A DNA stretch of 64,000 bases from Tortispora ganteri. Its lineage: Eukaryota. Each line of letters starts with the position of its first letter. Within the stretch, counting starts at the first letter, position 1. Location: contig PPNB01000014.1 in assembly GCA_003707115.1 (NCBI GenBank), positions 62,001 through 126,000 of the forward strand, written 5' to 3'. The notes under the pieces were generated by a model. The model made no database searches. It saw only the letters and a program-made list of their open reading frames with translations, and was not told the origin of the DNA. This document shows positions 29,101-38,627 of the stretch, piece by piece. Both the position numbers and the translations under genes were made by a program.

Positions 29101-30595
29101 TCAGAGGCGTTTGGCTTCGCATAGGTGAGGAGGGAAACTGAGGAGAGCTTGCTTGTGGAGTAATCATGCTTGATTTTCGCGACATTGAACGAAAAGAATG
29201 TGGGGTATTAGAAGAAGCACTAGAACGGCTAGTTCCAGGGGATCTTGAGCGATGTAGTTCGGCGATATTTCGACCACGTTCGAACAACGAGCGCGAATCA
29301 TTAGTGCGAGGAGCATTCATATCCGGAGTACTAGGGCAATCATCTAATGGATTAGATCGATAACTCTGAGGCGTAAATGGGTCATGAAGTAGTGGTCTAG
29401 GTACCAGTTTTGATGGACTTGGAGTGAAAGACTCATCAGGATCAGTTCTAATTTCCATTGAAGCAGCATTGTAATTATTAATATCTTGGCTGCGACGGGG
29501 CATCAATGCATCTTCGACAACAGTGTCCACCATTGAGAAGATTTCCTGACGTATAGTTTCTGAGTAGAGTATGATATTTCCCAGACGAGAAACAGAAGAG
29601 ACTTTTTCCTTAATGAGTTCTTGAGTTTGTTCAGTCAGCGCTTGAAGTACGGGGTTTGAATTTATTTCAGGATTCCATTCGGCTAATCGATGAATATTTT
29701 CAAGAGATGAAGGGGTATTAACACATATATCCGAATGAATTTGGTCACCAGATTGCGAGATATTAGTATCGTCAATGAGTTCAGGTTCTTTTATATTCAA
29801 GGCGATTTGGCAGTATTCCAGTAGGGATTCCAACGCAGCCTTTACATTCTCTGAATTTGGGAGGGACTGATTTAAATAGACTATAGCATCTTGCGATTGA
29901 AGCTGGTCCAGCAGAGCTTCTAAAGATTTTGCATGTTCGAGCAATGTATCGTGGTTAAGCTGTACGGCACTTTCTGCCTTGTGTTCGACCAGGCAAAGTT
30001 CAGAGTGCTTTTCGAACCACCAGTTGGGTATAGGCTGTTCGCATATGCGACAAGGTATTTGAGAAGTTGTAATTGGGTCAATTTCGTCTATGGATCCGTC
30101 ACATTTTGATAAGTCAGAGAGCAGAGCTCCGAAGAATTTCGCGCCAAAACCAAGGGATTCGACGAGGACGGGAGGCAGATCGAAAATGAGTTCGTCATTG
30201 GGGGTGTAACGCTTGAGGACCCACATCGTGTGATTAGAAGAAAAGTCATTTGCATCGCTTACCAAGATACCTTGGGCTTCTACCTCTATGATATTTTCTG
30301 GTGAAGGGAAACCTTCCGAAGAGCCGTCACATCTCAGATGGAAACGGAGGCGGACGCTGGTGGTGTCTTTGTTTGCGGCGAGCTCGGCGATAGCGGGGCC
30401 AAACACATCTTCTTCTTCAACGACAAAATCGGAGAACTTGCGCGAAAGTATAGAGCTGGGTTCTGAGCCGACTATTAGACGCCAGGATTGGCCGACGAAC
30501 TTGACGGTTTGATCCAGGAGAAGTTCTATGACGACGCTAATGGGGATAGTACGGTCTTTAGAGTCATCAGAGCTAGAAGAGGAAGGTGACGACAT
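26162..30595 (-). CDS. RIM15: PAS-kinase-receiver protein kinase Rim15
   Basis: PAS region, CRICEQPIPNWWFEKHSELC zinc finger, KPISKGAFGSVYL kinase with a long insert before FVGTPDYL, C-terminal REC-like domain. First ATG at 30595. Confidence 0.95.
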   Translation of the reverse strand: MSSPSSSSSDDSKDRTIPISVVIELLLDQTVKFVGQSWRLIVGSEPSSILSRKFSDFVVEEEDVFGPAIAELAANKDTTSVRLRFHLRCDGSSEGFPSPENIIEVEAQGILVSDANDFSSNHTMWVLKRYTPNDELIFDLPPVLVESLGFGAKFFGALLSDLSKCDGSIDEIDPITTSQIPCRICEQPIPNWWFEKHSELCLVEHKAESAVQLNHDTLLEHAKSLEALLDQLQSQDAIVYLNQSLPNSENVKAALESLLEYCQIALNIKEPELIDDTNISQSGDQIHSDICVNTPSSLENIHRLAEWNPEINSNPVLQALTEQTQELIKEKVSSVSRLGNIILYSETIRQEIFSMVDTVVEDALMPRRSQDINNYNAASMEIRTDPDESFTPSPSKLVPRPLLHDPFTPQSYRSNPLDDCPSTPDMNAPRTNDSRSLFERGRNIAELHRSRSPGTSRSSASSNTPHSFRSMSRKSSMITPQASSPQFPSSPMRSQTPLTAPVSLSVTRARAISTNDGPSSARHSPLLSPAIFPIDSIGSEAGNLNQHRRTISTATSSDYSRYPVSPLLTATSSSMSRTTQSIKDYDIIKPISKGAFGSVYLTKKRLTGEYYAIKMLKKSDMIAKNQVMNVKAERAILMSQAESPFVAKLYATFQNRDYLFLVMEYLPGGDCAALLKVLGFLPEEWARVYIAEVILAVEALHDRGIIHHDLKPDNLLIDADGHLKLTDFGLSGLGLARRKLPLNMTPDGSASVKSSQRVSSADLTTPSHYGISENITPVPGYFYLNRPGHEKRPSAMLSRQESVNDSLSSQLSSMHLSDTSSSSGTIPPMATLSHTPNTMTEDSTSNADYEHSMGPPSSTATNATLRDEKDLSLFKPEDGEYRFVGTPDYLSPETIRGAGQDETCDWWSVGCILFEFLYGYPPFHANTQKEVFQNILNYKIDWPDPDIPDYEVSDTAISFLKGLICMDPTKRLGANGAEEVKNHPFLADIDWHNLLDQPAHFKPELQHPEDTEYFDSRGAVLPTFSNDIEDIQDIMETGNEDSLSTHHNTSRHSSENQEAPLPIPPHMTSHKRSRRLSEPQSDFGSFSFKNLPLLEKANQEVIEKLKSEHVDTVRTQPSSDPAASPKISASISLRHGSSPSSSGTTSSSFFVNRGVSPTRKVSSSSVSGGAQGIIRYPSSSGPTSAGNPDSPLSSVPVMSRPWNVRRESMSPNVGVNFGTPTSPRVGVMLPPARTSIPSDMHGSPRTSRYNSMSSLDSPDYIESMRRNKRYSNVFDASPSSSDTEEARGYVLSRHSSKSQPRSYSMVRGLSQTRMPAVLICEESKKRRRRLEKLLESAECKTSFAQDGADAIRIATGEVRFDIVFISETLKSPDTENVVRMIKNTMNLNSDTPFILIMGEGWEEDMLFAAPSGHYSGCIPSDVSREQITEVLKNICGWEAFEPLSNERVDTSGTVSPGPADGVIRRSTGRMDSIPSTD

Positions 30596-30971
30596 TTTGA
30601 AATAGAGAAATGACGTACAAAAGCTGAAAACGTTGTAATGAACTTTCAAGTGACCTTTTAGAAGCCTAAAGATGAGCGAAACGGTGAACAAGGGGTTTTA
30701 GCAGATCAGAAGTGGCCGCGTAGTAAGACAGATTCGCGCACGACTAAACACAAAGACGAGACGAGAGCGCCTTTGCGCGATACTGAACAGTTATACTATG
30801 CGTAAACAGGGCGAATACGTGAATGGGTCAAGTCAGTATTGGTGTTGTGGGGTGGTTAGAAGAGAGTTTGGGGGGTCGGTTGGGAAAACACGGGTTGGGT
30901 CAGGGCCAGGGCCCATAAAAGCGAAATGCTTGCATGCGTAAGAAAGGCATAACAAGTCGTGAAATAAAGAA

Positions 30972-32339
30972 TTATTTGCGTGGTTCAAAAGCGACAGATT
31001 CAGGAAGTGTGAATGTAAGACAGTACATGTCTTTTGCCGGTGCGACTTTGCGGACGAATCGGAACTCAATATCGCTGGGTGTGAACATATAAGCCAGCCG
31101 TTCATTAACAGTATTCGTCAAATCGCATTTCACTCGGTCACTGTCGGGTTCCAATTCACCTGAGGGGTATTTGTAAAAGCAGTAGACGTGTATGATTGGC
31201 ATTTCAATATTAGTTGGTACGTACTCGGGCAAGTCACGAAACAATCCACGGAATGCATCCAAGAATTGAAGTGCAGAGTCCGGCAGGTTCATCGAGTATC
31301 GCGAAATAGTCTGTGGCAAAGGTACTTCTGTCAATTTCATGGGGGTTGTCTTTGTGCGTACCGCTATACTGCCCTCAGTACGATTCCATTCTAACAGCAG
31401 TCGCGGCGACTGTCGTATGAACTCACGTCCGTCCAGGTTGTAGCATCGTAAGAACCCCCCTACCTTGTTCAACTGTTTGTTTGCTACAAGATACCGGTAA
31501 CTGTCTGGATTCAGGTCATTCGCAAGCGTAAATACCTGCTTCTTTGCTGCAGGAACCGCAAACGGACCGACACCAGCAAACACATCGCAGAATACCTCAT
31601 GCGGTCTTAGCTGCGAAATGATCCTATCGTGTTCAGTGTGTAGTCGCGAGTTCCAGTACACTTTTGAAAAATCAAATTGGAACCGGCACCCGGACTCGCG
31701 CTGTTCCACAAGAAAATCTGGTTCGCCTGCAAGTACCTCCATCGGGAACACCCGGAACTGATTCTCGATCGAGTCCGTCTTGTTCACTACCGTTTTGATC
31801 CGCGGGTTCTTATCCAGCACAATCTCACCAATCACGTTCTTATAAGGCAGATATTCGTCTCGCAAGTTCAAATGTGCAATATGACCTACAATCGTATACC
31901 CCGTCGGGATCTCTGCATGTAGTTCCGATGGTAAAATTTGTTCCAGTACTTCCTCCATACTCCAGAATTCATAGCCAATTTCCAGGTCATGGTCCTCCAT
32001 GCGTGCGCCCGTCTCTGTAACCAATCGCTGGCCTGTCACACTCATATCAGCAACAGATATAATCCCTGGTCGCAAAAGAATACCTTTCGAATTTTCGTCT
32101 AGGCGTACAATACAATCGATCTTAGCGATCTGACAAATATCGTCTTTCAGTTTCCTGAATTGACCAAGCATCTTTGAGTCCGGCACGTTCAGCACTTTCA
32201 GCGGCAAGTGTCTTACAAAATACTCGCGATTCACATGACCATTAACTAAAGGCCGAATTTTAGCAGGCGCCTGTTTAAGAAGCTCTCGGGGATTGAATTG
32301 AGTGCTGCTCATGCTGCCAAAAAGTCTGCGTATGTACAT
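30972..32339 (-). CDS. TRM5: tRNA (guanine-37-N1)-methyltransferase
   Basis: GHIAHLNLRDEYLPYK, FDFSKVYWNSRLHTEH, DVFAGVGPFAVPA, ANDLNPDS, MNLP. Confidence 0.95.
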   Translation of the reverse strand: MYIRRLFGSMSSTQFNPRELLKQAPAKIRPLVNGHVNREYFVRHLPLKVLNVPDSKMLGQFRKLKDDICQIAKIDCIVRLDENSKGILLRPGIISVADMSVTGQRLVTETGARMEDHDLEIGYEFWSMEEVLEQILPSELHAEIPTGYTIVGHIAHLNLRDEYLPYKNVIGEIVLDKNPRIKTVVNKTDSIENQFRVFPMEVLAGEPDFLVEQRESGCRFQFDFSKVYWNSRLHTEHDRIISQLRPHEVFCDVFAGVGPFAVPAAKKQVFTLANDLNPDSYRYLVANKQLNKVGGFLRCYNLDGREFIRQSPRLLLEWNRTEGSIAVRTKTTPMKLTEVPLPQTISRYSMNLPDSALQFLDAFRGLFRDLPEYVPTNIEMPIIHVYCFYKYPSGELEPDSDRVKCDLTNTVNERLAYMFTPSDIEFRFVRKVAPAKDMYCLTFTLPESVAFEPRK

Positions 32340-32479
32340 ACATATACTAGGTCGAAATTAAGGTTCGCCCTCATTGATGACTGTCGTTCCTACACACCTG
32401 AGGACGGTAAATAAGTAATCATGTCAAACAATAATCATACTATATTAGAAACTATTACAATATATCAACAGCTGCACGC

Positions 32480-33868
32480 TTACAGCTGGACATAGTTTCC
32501 GGGGAACACACCCGTCTGGCCGTTAAGTCTTCCCGTCCACCAGTCGTTAGGATTATCGCTGCGTTGCAAAATTTCAATAACGGTTCCGGCAGTGAACGTC
32601 AAATCGCCTTCTGCTTGAGCCGTATAATCATATAGCGCAGTACATGTTTCTACTGCTGGCGCAGCAGGAGAAGCAACGGGCGCTGGCGCAGCAACCGGAG
32701 CCTGGTACTCGTACGATGGCGCAGCAGGCGACGAAACAGGTTGTGGAGCAGCCGCAGGTGCAGCATAGTTGTATACAGGGGCACTTGACGTGCCCGCAAC
32801 AGCCGTGGTGGGAGCAGTGTATACAGGGACAGCAGCAGCGGGAGCAGCAGCGGGAGCAGTGTAGGCGGCGGTGGGTGGTGTATAGGCGGCCTTCTCTTGC
32901 GGGTAGCCAGTTGACCCAGTTGAGCCCGGAGAATAGGGCGGAGGCAGTGAAGACGATGAAGATGCAGAATACGGTTGCTGACCCACATGGTGCGGAGGAA
33001 TTTTGTCTTTGCCCGGTAACTTGCTGGCTTTCCTGCCCAAATTAAAGTGAGTAATCCCGATGGCTTCCGCCCTCTCCTGGACGTCTCCACGTTTGGCCGT
33101 AAAACACTCTTCAATACCAGACTGCAAATCGAAGTAAGGGATTTTGATACTTTGCATGTGCTCATGCATTGTGTAGAAAACGTTAAGTTGAATGTAGTAG
33201 AAGGTCTCGAACAATGGTTTGATGAATGCGGCCTCTAATTCAAAGAGTTTGGGTAATTCAGCCTTAAGAATTTCATTGTAGTAGTCGTACTCTTGCCTTG
33301 CTACTTCAAGATCGCTTTCGGCCTTGTAAAATGCCTTTTCGTCTTTCAGACTCTTATCTTTCTTGTCATTGAGTTTGTTATACGTGTCAGTGCGTCTATC
33401 AAGGTCAATCTGCTTGTGGTTACGCTTCGTGAGTAACTTACGAATACCTTTGACAATTTCCAGCAGTTGAAAAGCCGGTTGTACTACACGCGCATCAATC
33501 ATTTCCAGTTCTGGTTTAAGAATCGTTTGAAGTTCTTGAACTAGATCCCGGTACTGTTCGCACGCCTGGATGCCTTCAGGCTTACTTTCGAGCTTCATGG
33601 CAGTAGGATCGGACATTTTGCCCGAAATTGGCTTGTAAATTTCTTCAATAGCCTTCGAAAACTCAATTTGATGTTTTAACATCCCATTGACGCCATCAAA
33701 GTACTTCTTAGATTCATCATGCAACTTCTTCGTTTCCTGCTCCAGTTCCTTAAATCGACGCTCGGCGTCAAGATACACAGAGTCTTTGGTCGACTGACCA
33801 ATATTGAACTTCTGTTTAAAGTTCTGTGGCGCACGCGCAATTCCTTTAGTAAACCCGCGAAGACTCAT
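32480..33868 (-). CDS. RVS167: Amphiphysin Rvs167 (BAR-GPA-SH3)
   Basis: N-BAR MSLRGFTKGIARAPQ, Pro/Ala/Tyr-rich linker with PPPY, SH3 ALYDYTAQAEGDLTF...WWTG...FPGNYVQL. Confidence 0.95.
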   Translation of the reverse strand: MSLRGFTKGIARAPQNFKQKFNIGQSTKDSVYLDAERRFKELEQETKKLHDESKKYFDGVNGMLKHQIEFSKAIEEIYKPISGKMSDPTAMKLESKPEGIQACEQYRDLVQELQTILKPELEMIDARVVQPAFQLLEIVKGIRKLLTKRNHKQIDLDRRTDTYNKLNDKKDKSLKDEKAFYKAESDLEVARQEYDYYNEILKAELPKLFELEAAFIKPLFETFYYIQLNVFYTMHEHMQSIKIPYFDLQSGIEECFTAKRGDVQERAEAIGITHFNLGRKASKLPGKDKIPPHHVGQQPYSASSSSSLPPPYSPGSTGSTGYPQEKAAYTPPTAAYTAPAAAPAAAVPVYTAPTTAVAGTSSAPVYNYAAPAAAPQPVSSPAAPSYEYQAPVAAPAPVASPAAPAVETCTALYDYTAQAEGDLTFTAGTVIEILQRSDNPNDWWTGRLNGQTGVFPGNYVQL

Positions 33869-34457
33869 ATTTCCTGTTTAATCAGCAATGTAGTTGTTTA
33901 GGTCTTCTATGGACCGTCTAGTGTAAAGACAGAAACCGCCACGGCCAACATGACGTCCCACAAGCCTCCCATGATCCGCTAAACTTTATTTTTTGCAGCT
34001 GTTATCTGATCTTCTTTTTGCGCAAAACTGCGAGATGTTCTGTTACTGCTTTTTAGCTTACAAATTTAACGCGACATTTTAAGGTCGAAAAGCCTTTACT
34101 TCCACGGTATCCGACTAGCGCCTAGAAGAGCATCTACCCGCGCAATCATCTGGTTCTCCGCGTCTCAGTAGTTTTGTAAGCTGTTGACATAACAACAGAA
34201 AAGTTAATCTGTGATTGGCTGAATCTCGTTCACAGGCACCCACCCCGACCCGTTTTCTTGCCTCAGGTAGCCCCCCACCCCCACAACCTCTTCTTTTTTC
34301 AACTTCTTAGCCTTTCATTCTTGGTTCTTACTGGCCAAGTTGCATACTCGTCTCACCAGCGTACTTTGATCTGTACTAGAGTTTGGTACCTGTACTTTTG
34401 TTCGCTAGCCGATATCACTCTGAGCTTATCCAGAACTTCTGCCGGTCCTTATCCACT

Positions 34458-35867
34458 ATGCTTTCCTGCAACAAAATTGCCGTTCGATCGGCTATCCGAT
34501 ATATGCGCCATGCACCTACCCAACTAAGAGGTTTTGCTTCTCCTAGCGCATCTGCTTCTGCAAAAGAGGTGCAGTTTCAGGACCCATCCGTCGCCTCCAG
34601 CGTCGAGGCTGCACTCAAAGAAGCTTCCATCAATAGAGACACATCCATCGCACCCAACGAAGGCCGTCCGATATACCTAGACATGCAAGCCACTACTCCC
34701 GTGGACCCACGCGTTCTTGACGTAATGCTCAAGTATTATACGGGAATGTATGGAAACCCGCACTCCAAGTCTCATGCTTACGGCTGGGAAACCGAAACAG
34801 GCGTCGAGGAAGCCAGGGCAAATATCGCAAAGCTCATTAACGCCGACCCTAAAGAAATTATATTCACATCGGGTGCCACCGAAAGCAACAACATGGTAAT
34901 CAAAGGAGTTGCACGCTTTTACAAGAACAGCAAGAGACATATAATCACTTGCCGTACAGAACACAAATGTGTTCTTGATTCTTGCCGTCATCTGCAAGAC
35001 GAAGGTTTCGACGTCACTTACCTCCCTGTAAGCCAGAACGGCTTGATCGATCTTGCGCAACTAGAGGCTGCAATTCGACCGGACACTAGCTTGGTCTCTA
35101 TCATGACAGTGAATAACGAGATTGGTGTTATCCAGCCTATTCACGAGATCGGCAAGATCTGCCGCAAACATAAGGTCTTCTTCCATACTGATGCCGCACA
35201 GGCAGCGGGCAAGATTCCTATCGATGTTAATGCTGCCAATATTGATTTGCTTTCAATTTCGGGTCACAAAATGTATGGACCTATGGGAATTGGCGCTTGC
35301 TACGTGAGACGCCGCCCCCGTGTTCGTTTGGAGGCTATTATTAACGGTGGTGGTCAAGAGCGCGGTCTTCGATCCGGTACTCTGGCTGCGCCTTTAGTTG
35401 CTGGATTTGGTGAAGCTGCAAGACTTTGCATTCAAGAAATGGACTATGATCACCGGTACATCTCTAAACTATCTAAGAAACTTGTTGACGGATTGTCGCA
35501 AGTACGCGAAGTTGTGCGAAACGGCGATCCAGAGCACCACTATCCAGGCTGTGTTAATATGTCATTTGCATATATTGAAGGTGAATCTTTATTGATGGCG
35601 CTTAAAGATGTTGCGCTTTCTTCAGGATCAGCGTGTACTTCTGCGTCGTTAGAGCCTTCTTATGTTTTACATGCCCTTGGTGCTGACGACACTCTAGCGC
35701 ACTCGTCAATTAGATTTGGCATTGGCAGGTTCACTACCGAGGCCGAGATCGACTATGTCATACAGGCCGTTTCAGAGCGTGTGCAATTTCTGCGTGAACT
35801 GTCTCCTCTGTGGGAGATGGTCCAAGAGGGCATCGATCTCAATACCATCCAGTGGACTGAACACTAG
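34458..35867 (+). CDS. NFS1: Mitochondrial cysteine desulfurase
   Basis: [20 protein letters not shown] (PLP lysine), [17 protein letters not shown]; first ATG at 34458 starts a presequence-like N-terminus. Confidence 0.97.
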   Translation: MLSCNKIAVRSAIRYMRHAPTQLRGFASPSASASAKEVQFQDPSVASSVEAALKEASINRDTSIAPNEGRPIYLDMQATTPVDPRVLDVMLKYYTGMYGNPHSKSHAYGWETETGVEEARANIAKLINADPKEIIFTSGATESNNMVIKGVARFYKNSKRHIITCRTEHKCVLDSCRHLQDEGFDVTYLPVSQNGLIDLAQLEAAIRPDTSLVSIMTVNNEIGVIQPIHEIGKICRKHKVFFHTDAAQAAGKIPIDVNAANIDLLSISGHKMYGPMGIGACYVRRRPRVRLEAIINGGGQERGLRSGTLAAPLVAGFGEAARLCIQEMDYDHRYISKLSKKLVDGLSQVREVVRNGDPEHHYPGCVNMSFAYIEGESLLMALKDVALSSGSACTSASLEPSYVLHALGADDTLAHSSIRFGIGRFTTEAEIDYVIQAVSERVQFLRELSPLWEMVQEGIDLNTIQWTEH

Positions 35868-36423
35868 ACATGCTATAGTTCTTTGTTTTTTCTCATTCTG
35901 GATTATGATGTCTATGTGTATGTTTATTGTAATGTTTCTATACGTACATTAATGCTATTTCGCATGTATACTCTGAGTAGACGTACCGAACGACGATGCC
36001 GATCGCAGCTTCATTGTACAGCTTAGTCCTACGGCTGTACCCTAACCTGAAATGCATTTTTGAACACATTAATATAACTCATTAATCATTAACGGAGGAA
36101 CTAGTGCGCGCTCCGTGACATTTTTACGGTTTCTTGCACTGAATACGTTTCTGTAATTGTAAGCACATTTGTGCAGCTAGTGAAAATAAACAGGAATTGG
36201 TTATAGTGCTTATTTTTTAAATATTAGTGACTTGACAATTGCTACTTGAAGGACCCTTAAGAGATTACTTGGGTTTCAGACTTTGAGACAGGCACCACTA
36301 ATTGATCATAAAGGTGAACGTGTTTCTTATTCATAGATAGCTGAATCAAACGGCAGAGAATAGATTTGAATTTATTTGTCTTAACGATACTTGTACGCGC
36401 TATAGCTTAGGTGATCGTGATCA

Positions 36424-38247
36424 ATGATGCGTTCGTTTCTACGCTGGCCAAGGTTCAAACTTACGCATGCAGCCGTGTTATTTGGCCTGGTTGTATTTCT
36501 GACATTAATTTCAAAGCATTCTAAATTTTCTGCATCACTTAATTCGATGGGTAATGCTATCGATCTCGAGAACCTGGCAAACCGCCACTTCAGATATAGA
36601 ACCACTGCTATTTCAGATCCAATCTTGAAGAAACACCTGGACGGATTAAGAGTTGTGAACACTTACTACAAAGTACCATCTTTGGATCAACTAGTCGACG
36701 AGTACAAAGAGAAGCACAGACGAAATCCTCCTCCACGGTTTGATCTATGGTACCAATATGCGCTGAACAATTCTTGCACTGATTTCTATCACTTTGACAC
36801 GATATATAGAGACCTGGAACCATTCTGGTCAGTGTCGCCGAAAGATCTGAAAAGTAGAATCCGAAGCTTCTGGGGCGATAACTCGATAATATTAATGCTA
36901 ATAAGAGATGGAAAGCCTCTTGCTACACCGCACGGTGAGCGCGGCAGCGACAGGGCAGATAACATGCAGCTGATGCTGCGCAACATATCGGTGTTCTTGC
37001 CTGACATGGAGATCCCATTGAATTTTCACGACGAGCCGCGACTCACAGTACCGTACAGAGTTTTACAGAATGCAAGAGAACAGGGACGGCCCTCTAAAGG
37101 TACCGTACCCTCGTCGCCGCAGTTTTCCGAATTTACAATGAACCTGTCTACCGCTCATTATCACTTTCAAGGCGAACACGAATGGATCGGTAAAGACGGC
37201 CAGGCCTTTAGGAATCTCGAAGAATTCTGTGCTGCGGACTCGCCAGTAGGTGTGCTGGCAGATACAGGTGACCTGAGCAGCGTCGTGAGCATGGCAGATT
37301 CCATGTACCGTTCAGAGAATATAATAACTGACGCGAACGTCGCACTGGACTTGTGTGTGACTGCACCTCTTCTACAAGACATGCATTCATACTTGATTGC
37401 GCCGCTAAAACGATCAGAGCTAAAAACACTTGTGCCTGTATTTTCTGAAGCAAAAACTTCTATTCACAGCGATATCATAATACCTGCCACTAGCTACTAC
37501 AACTCTGAGGCCGGCTACGGCTATGATCCCACAGGAGACTGCGCCTGGTCGCAAAAGAAAGACGTAATATTCTGGGCAGGAACGTCATCGGGTGGATACA
37601 TCAAAGACGACAATGTTGACAAAATGCTAAGAAATAGGCTGGTCTATGCCTTCAATGCGTCACTGCCTGACATACCGGAACTGAAGGCGAATGCCAGCAT
37701 TTTCTGCCCGACAAAGTCTGGCGCAATGAACTCCTGCAGAGCAAACCTCACAGATTACATCAGAAACCATAGCGACGTCTATTTTGTCAGACTCGATTGG
37801 TGCAACGAATACTGCTACATCATGGAACAAAAATTTGAAGTAAAACCGAGAGTGAATCCGACTATGCAGTTCCAAAATAAGTATCTCCTGGACGTCGATG
37901 GTAACTCGTTTTCAGGAAGGTACCTGAGCTTCTTAAAGAGCAACAGCTTGCCGTTCAAGGCCACAATCTTCCAAGAATGGCACGACTCGAGACTGACTCC
38001 GTGGGTACACTACATACCCATAGATAGTCGTCTGAACGATCTATATAGGGTCATCACATACTTCACAGGATTCAAAGGCATGATATCTGAACATGATGAC
38101 ATGGCGCAACGCATAGCACTCGAAGGCCAGCGACATGCAAACAAAGTGCTCCGACGACAGGACATGGAAATCTACATGTTTTTGTTGCTGTTGGAATATG
38201 CTAGATTACTCGATGACCAAAGGGATACCTTGGGGTTCTCTCTATGA
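36424..38247 (+). CDS. Glycosyltransferase family 90 (CAP10/Cxt1-like), type II membrane protein
   Basis: N-terminal TM; YKEKHRRNPPPRFDLWYQYA, LPDMEIPLNFHDEPR, KYLLDVDGNSFSGRY, EWHDSRLTPWVHYIP, LLLEYARL. Confidence 0.9.
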   Translation: MMRSFLRWPRFKLTHAAVLFGLVVFLTLISKHSKFSASLNSMGNAIDLENLANRHFRYRTTAISDPILKKHLDGLRVVNTYYKVPSLDQLVDEYKEKHRRNPPPRFDLWYQYALNNSCTDFYHFDTIYRDLEPFWSVSPKDLKSRIRSFWGDNSIILMLIRDGKPLATPHGERGSDRADNMQLMLRNISVFLPDMEIPLNFHDEPRLTVPYRVLQNAREQGRPSKGTVPSSPQFSEFTMNLSTAHYHFQGEHEWIGKDGQAFRNLEEFCAADSPVGVLADTGDLSSVVSMADSMYRSENIITDANVALDLCVTAPLLQDMHSYLIAPLKRSELKTLVPVFSEAKTSIHSDIIIPATSYYNSEAGYGYDPTGDCAWSQKKDVIFWAGTSSGGYIKDDNVDKMLRNRLVYAFNASLPDIPELKANASIFCPTKSGAMNSCRANLTDYIRNHSDVYFVRLDWCNEYCYIMEQKFEVKPRVNPTMQFQNKYLLDVDGNSFSGRYLSFLKSNSLPFKATIFQEWHDSRLTPWVHYIPIDSRLNDLYRVITYFTGFKGMISEHDDMAQRIALEGQRHANKVLRRQDMEIYMFLLLLEYARLLDDQRDTLGFSL

Positions 38248-38627
38248 TTTTTTAACCGCTGAATACGCTATGAACACATTACAAATTGTATTATGCCTTT
38301 TTATGGCCATTTAGCTAGCAAATAAACGCCTCTCAAGCAGTTTTAGCGATCCCATGACGAACTGACATTGTCGTTACCGTTGCTACTTTATAGTTGCTAT
38401 GGCTACCGCCTTGTATTTTTGACCTGACGCTGAGCTCTACTCCCGCATTCTCCAACTCAGCTACGAAGCCCAACGTAATACATTAGCGACTCCTCTTTTT
38501 GACGGACTATCCGTAAGAAAATTGGTCCTTTTTGTTTTCTGTGACAATTTATTTTGTGAATTCATACTCTATAAACTTGTATTGGCTCCCTAGCATACAT
38601 AGCGGTGACTGATCGCTGATTTGTGGC

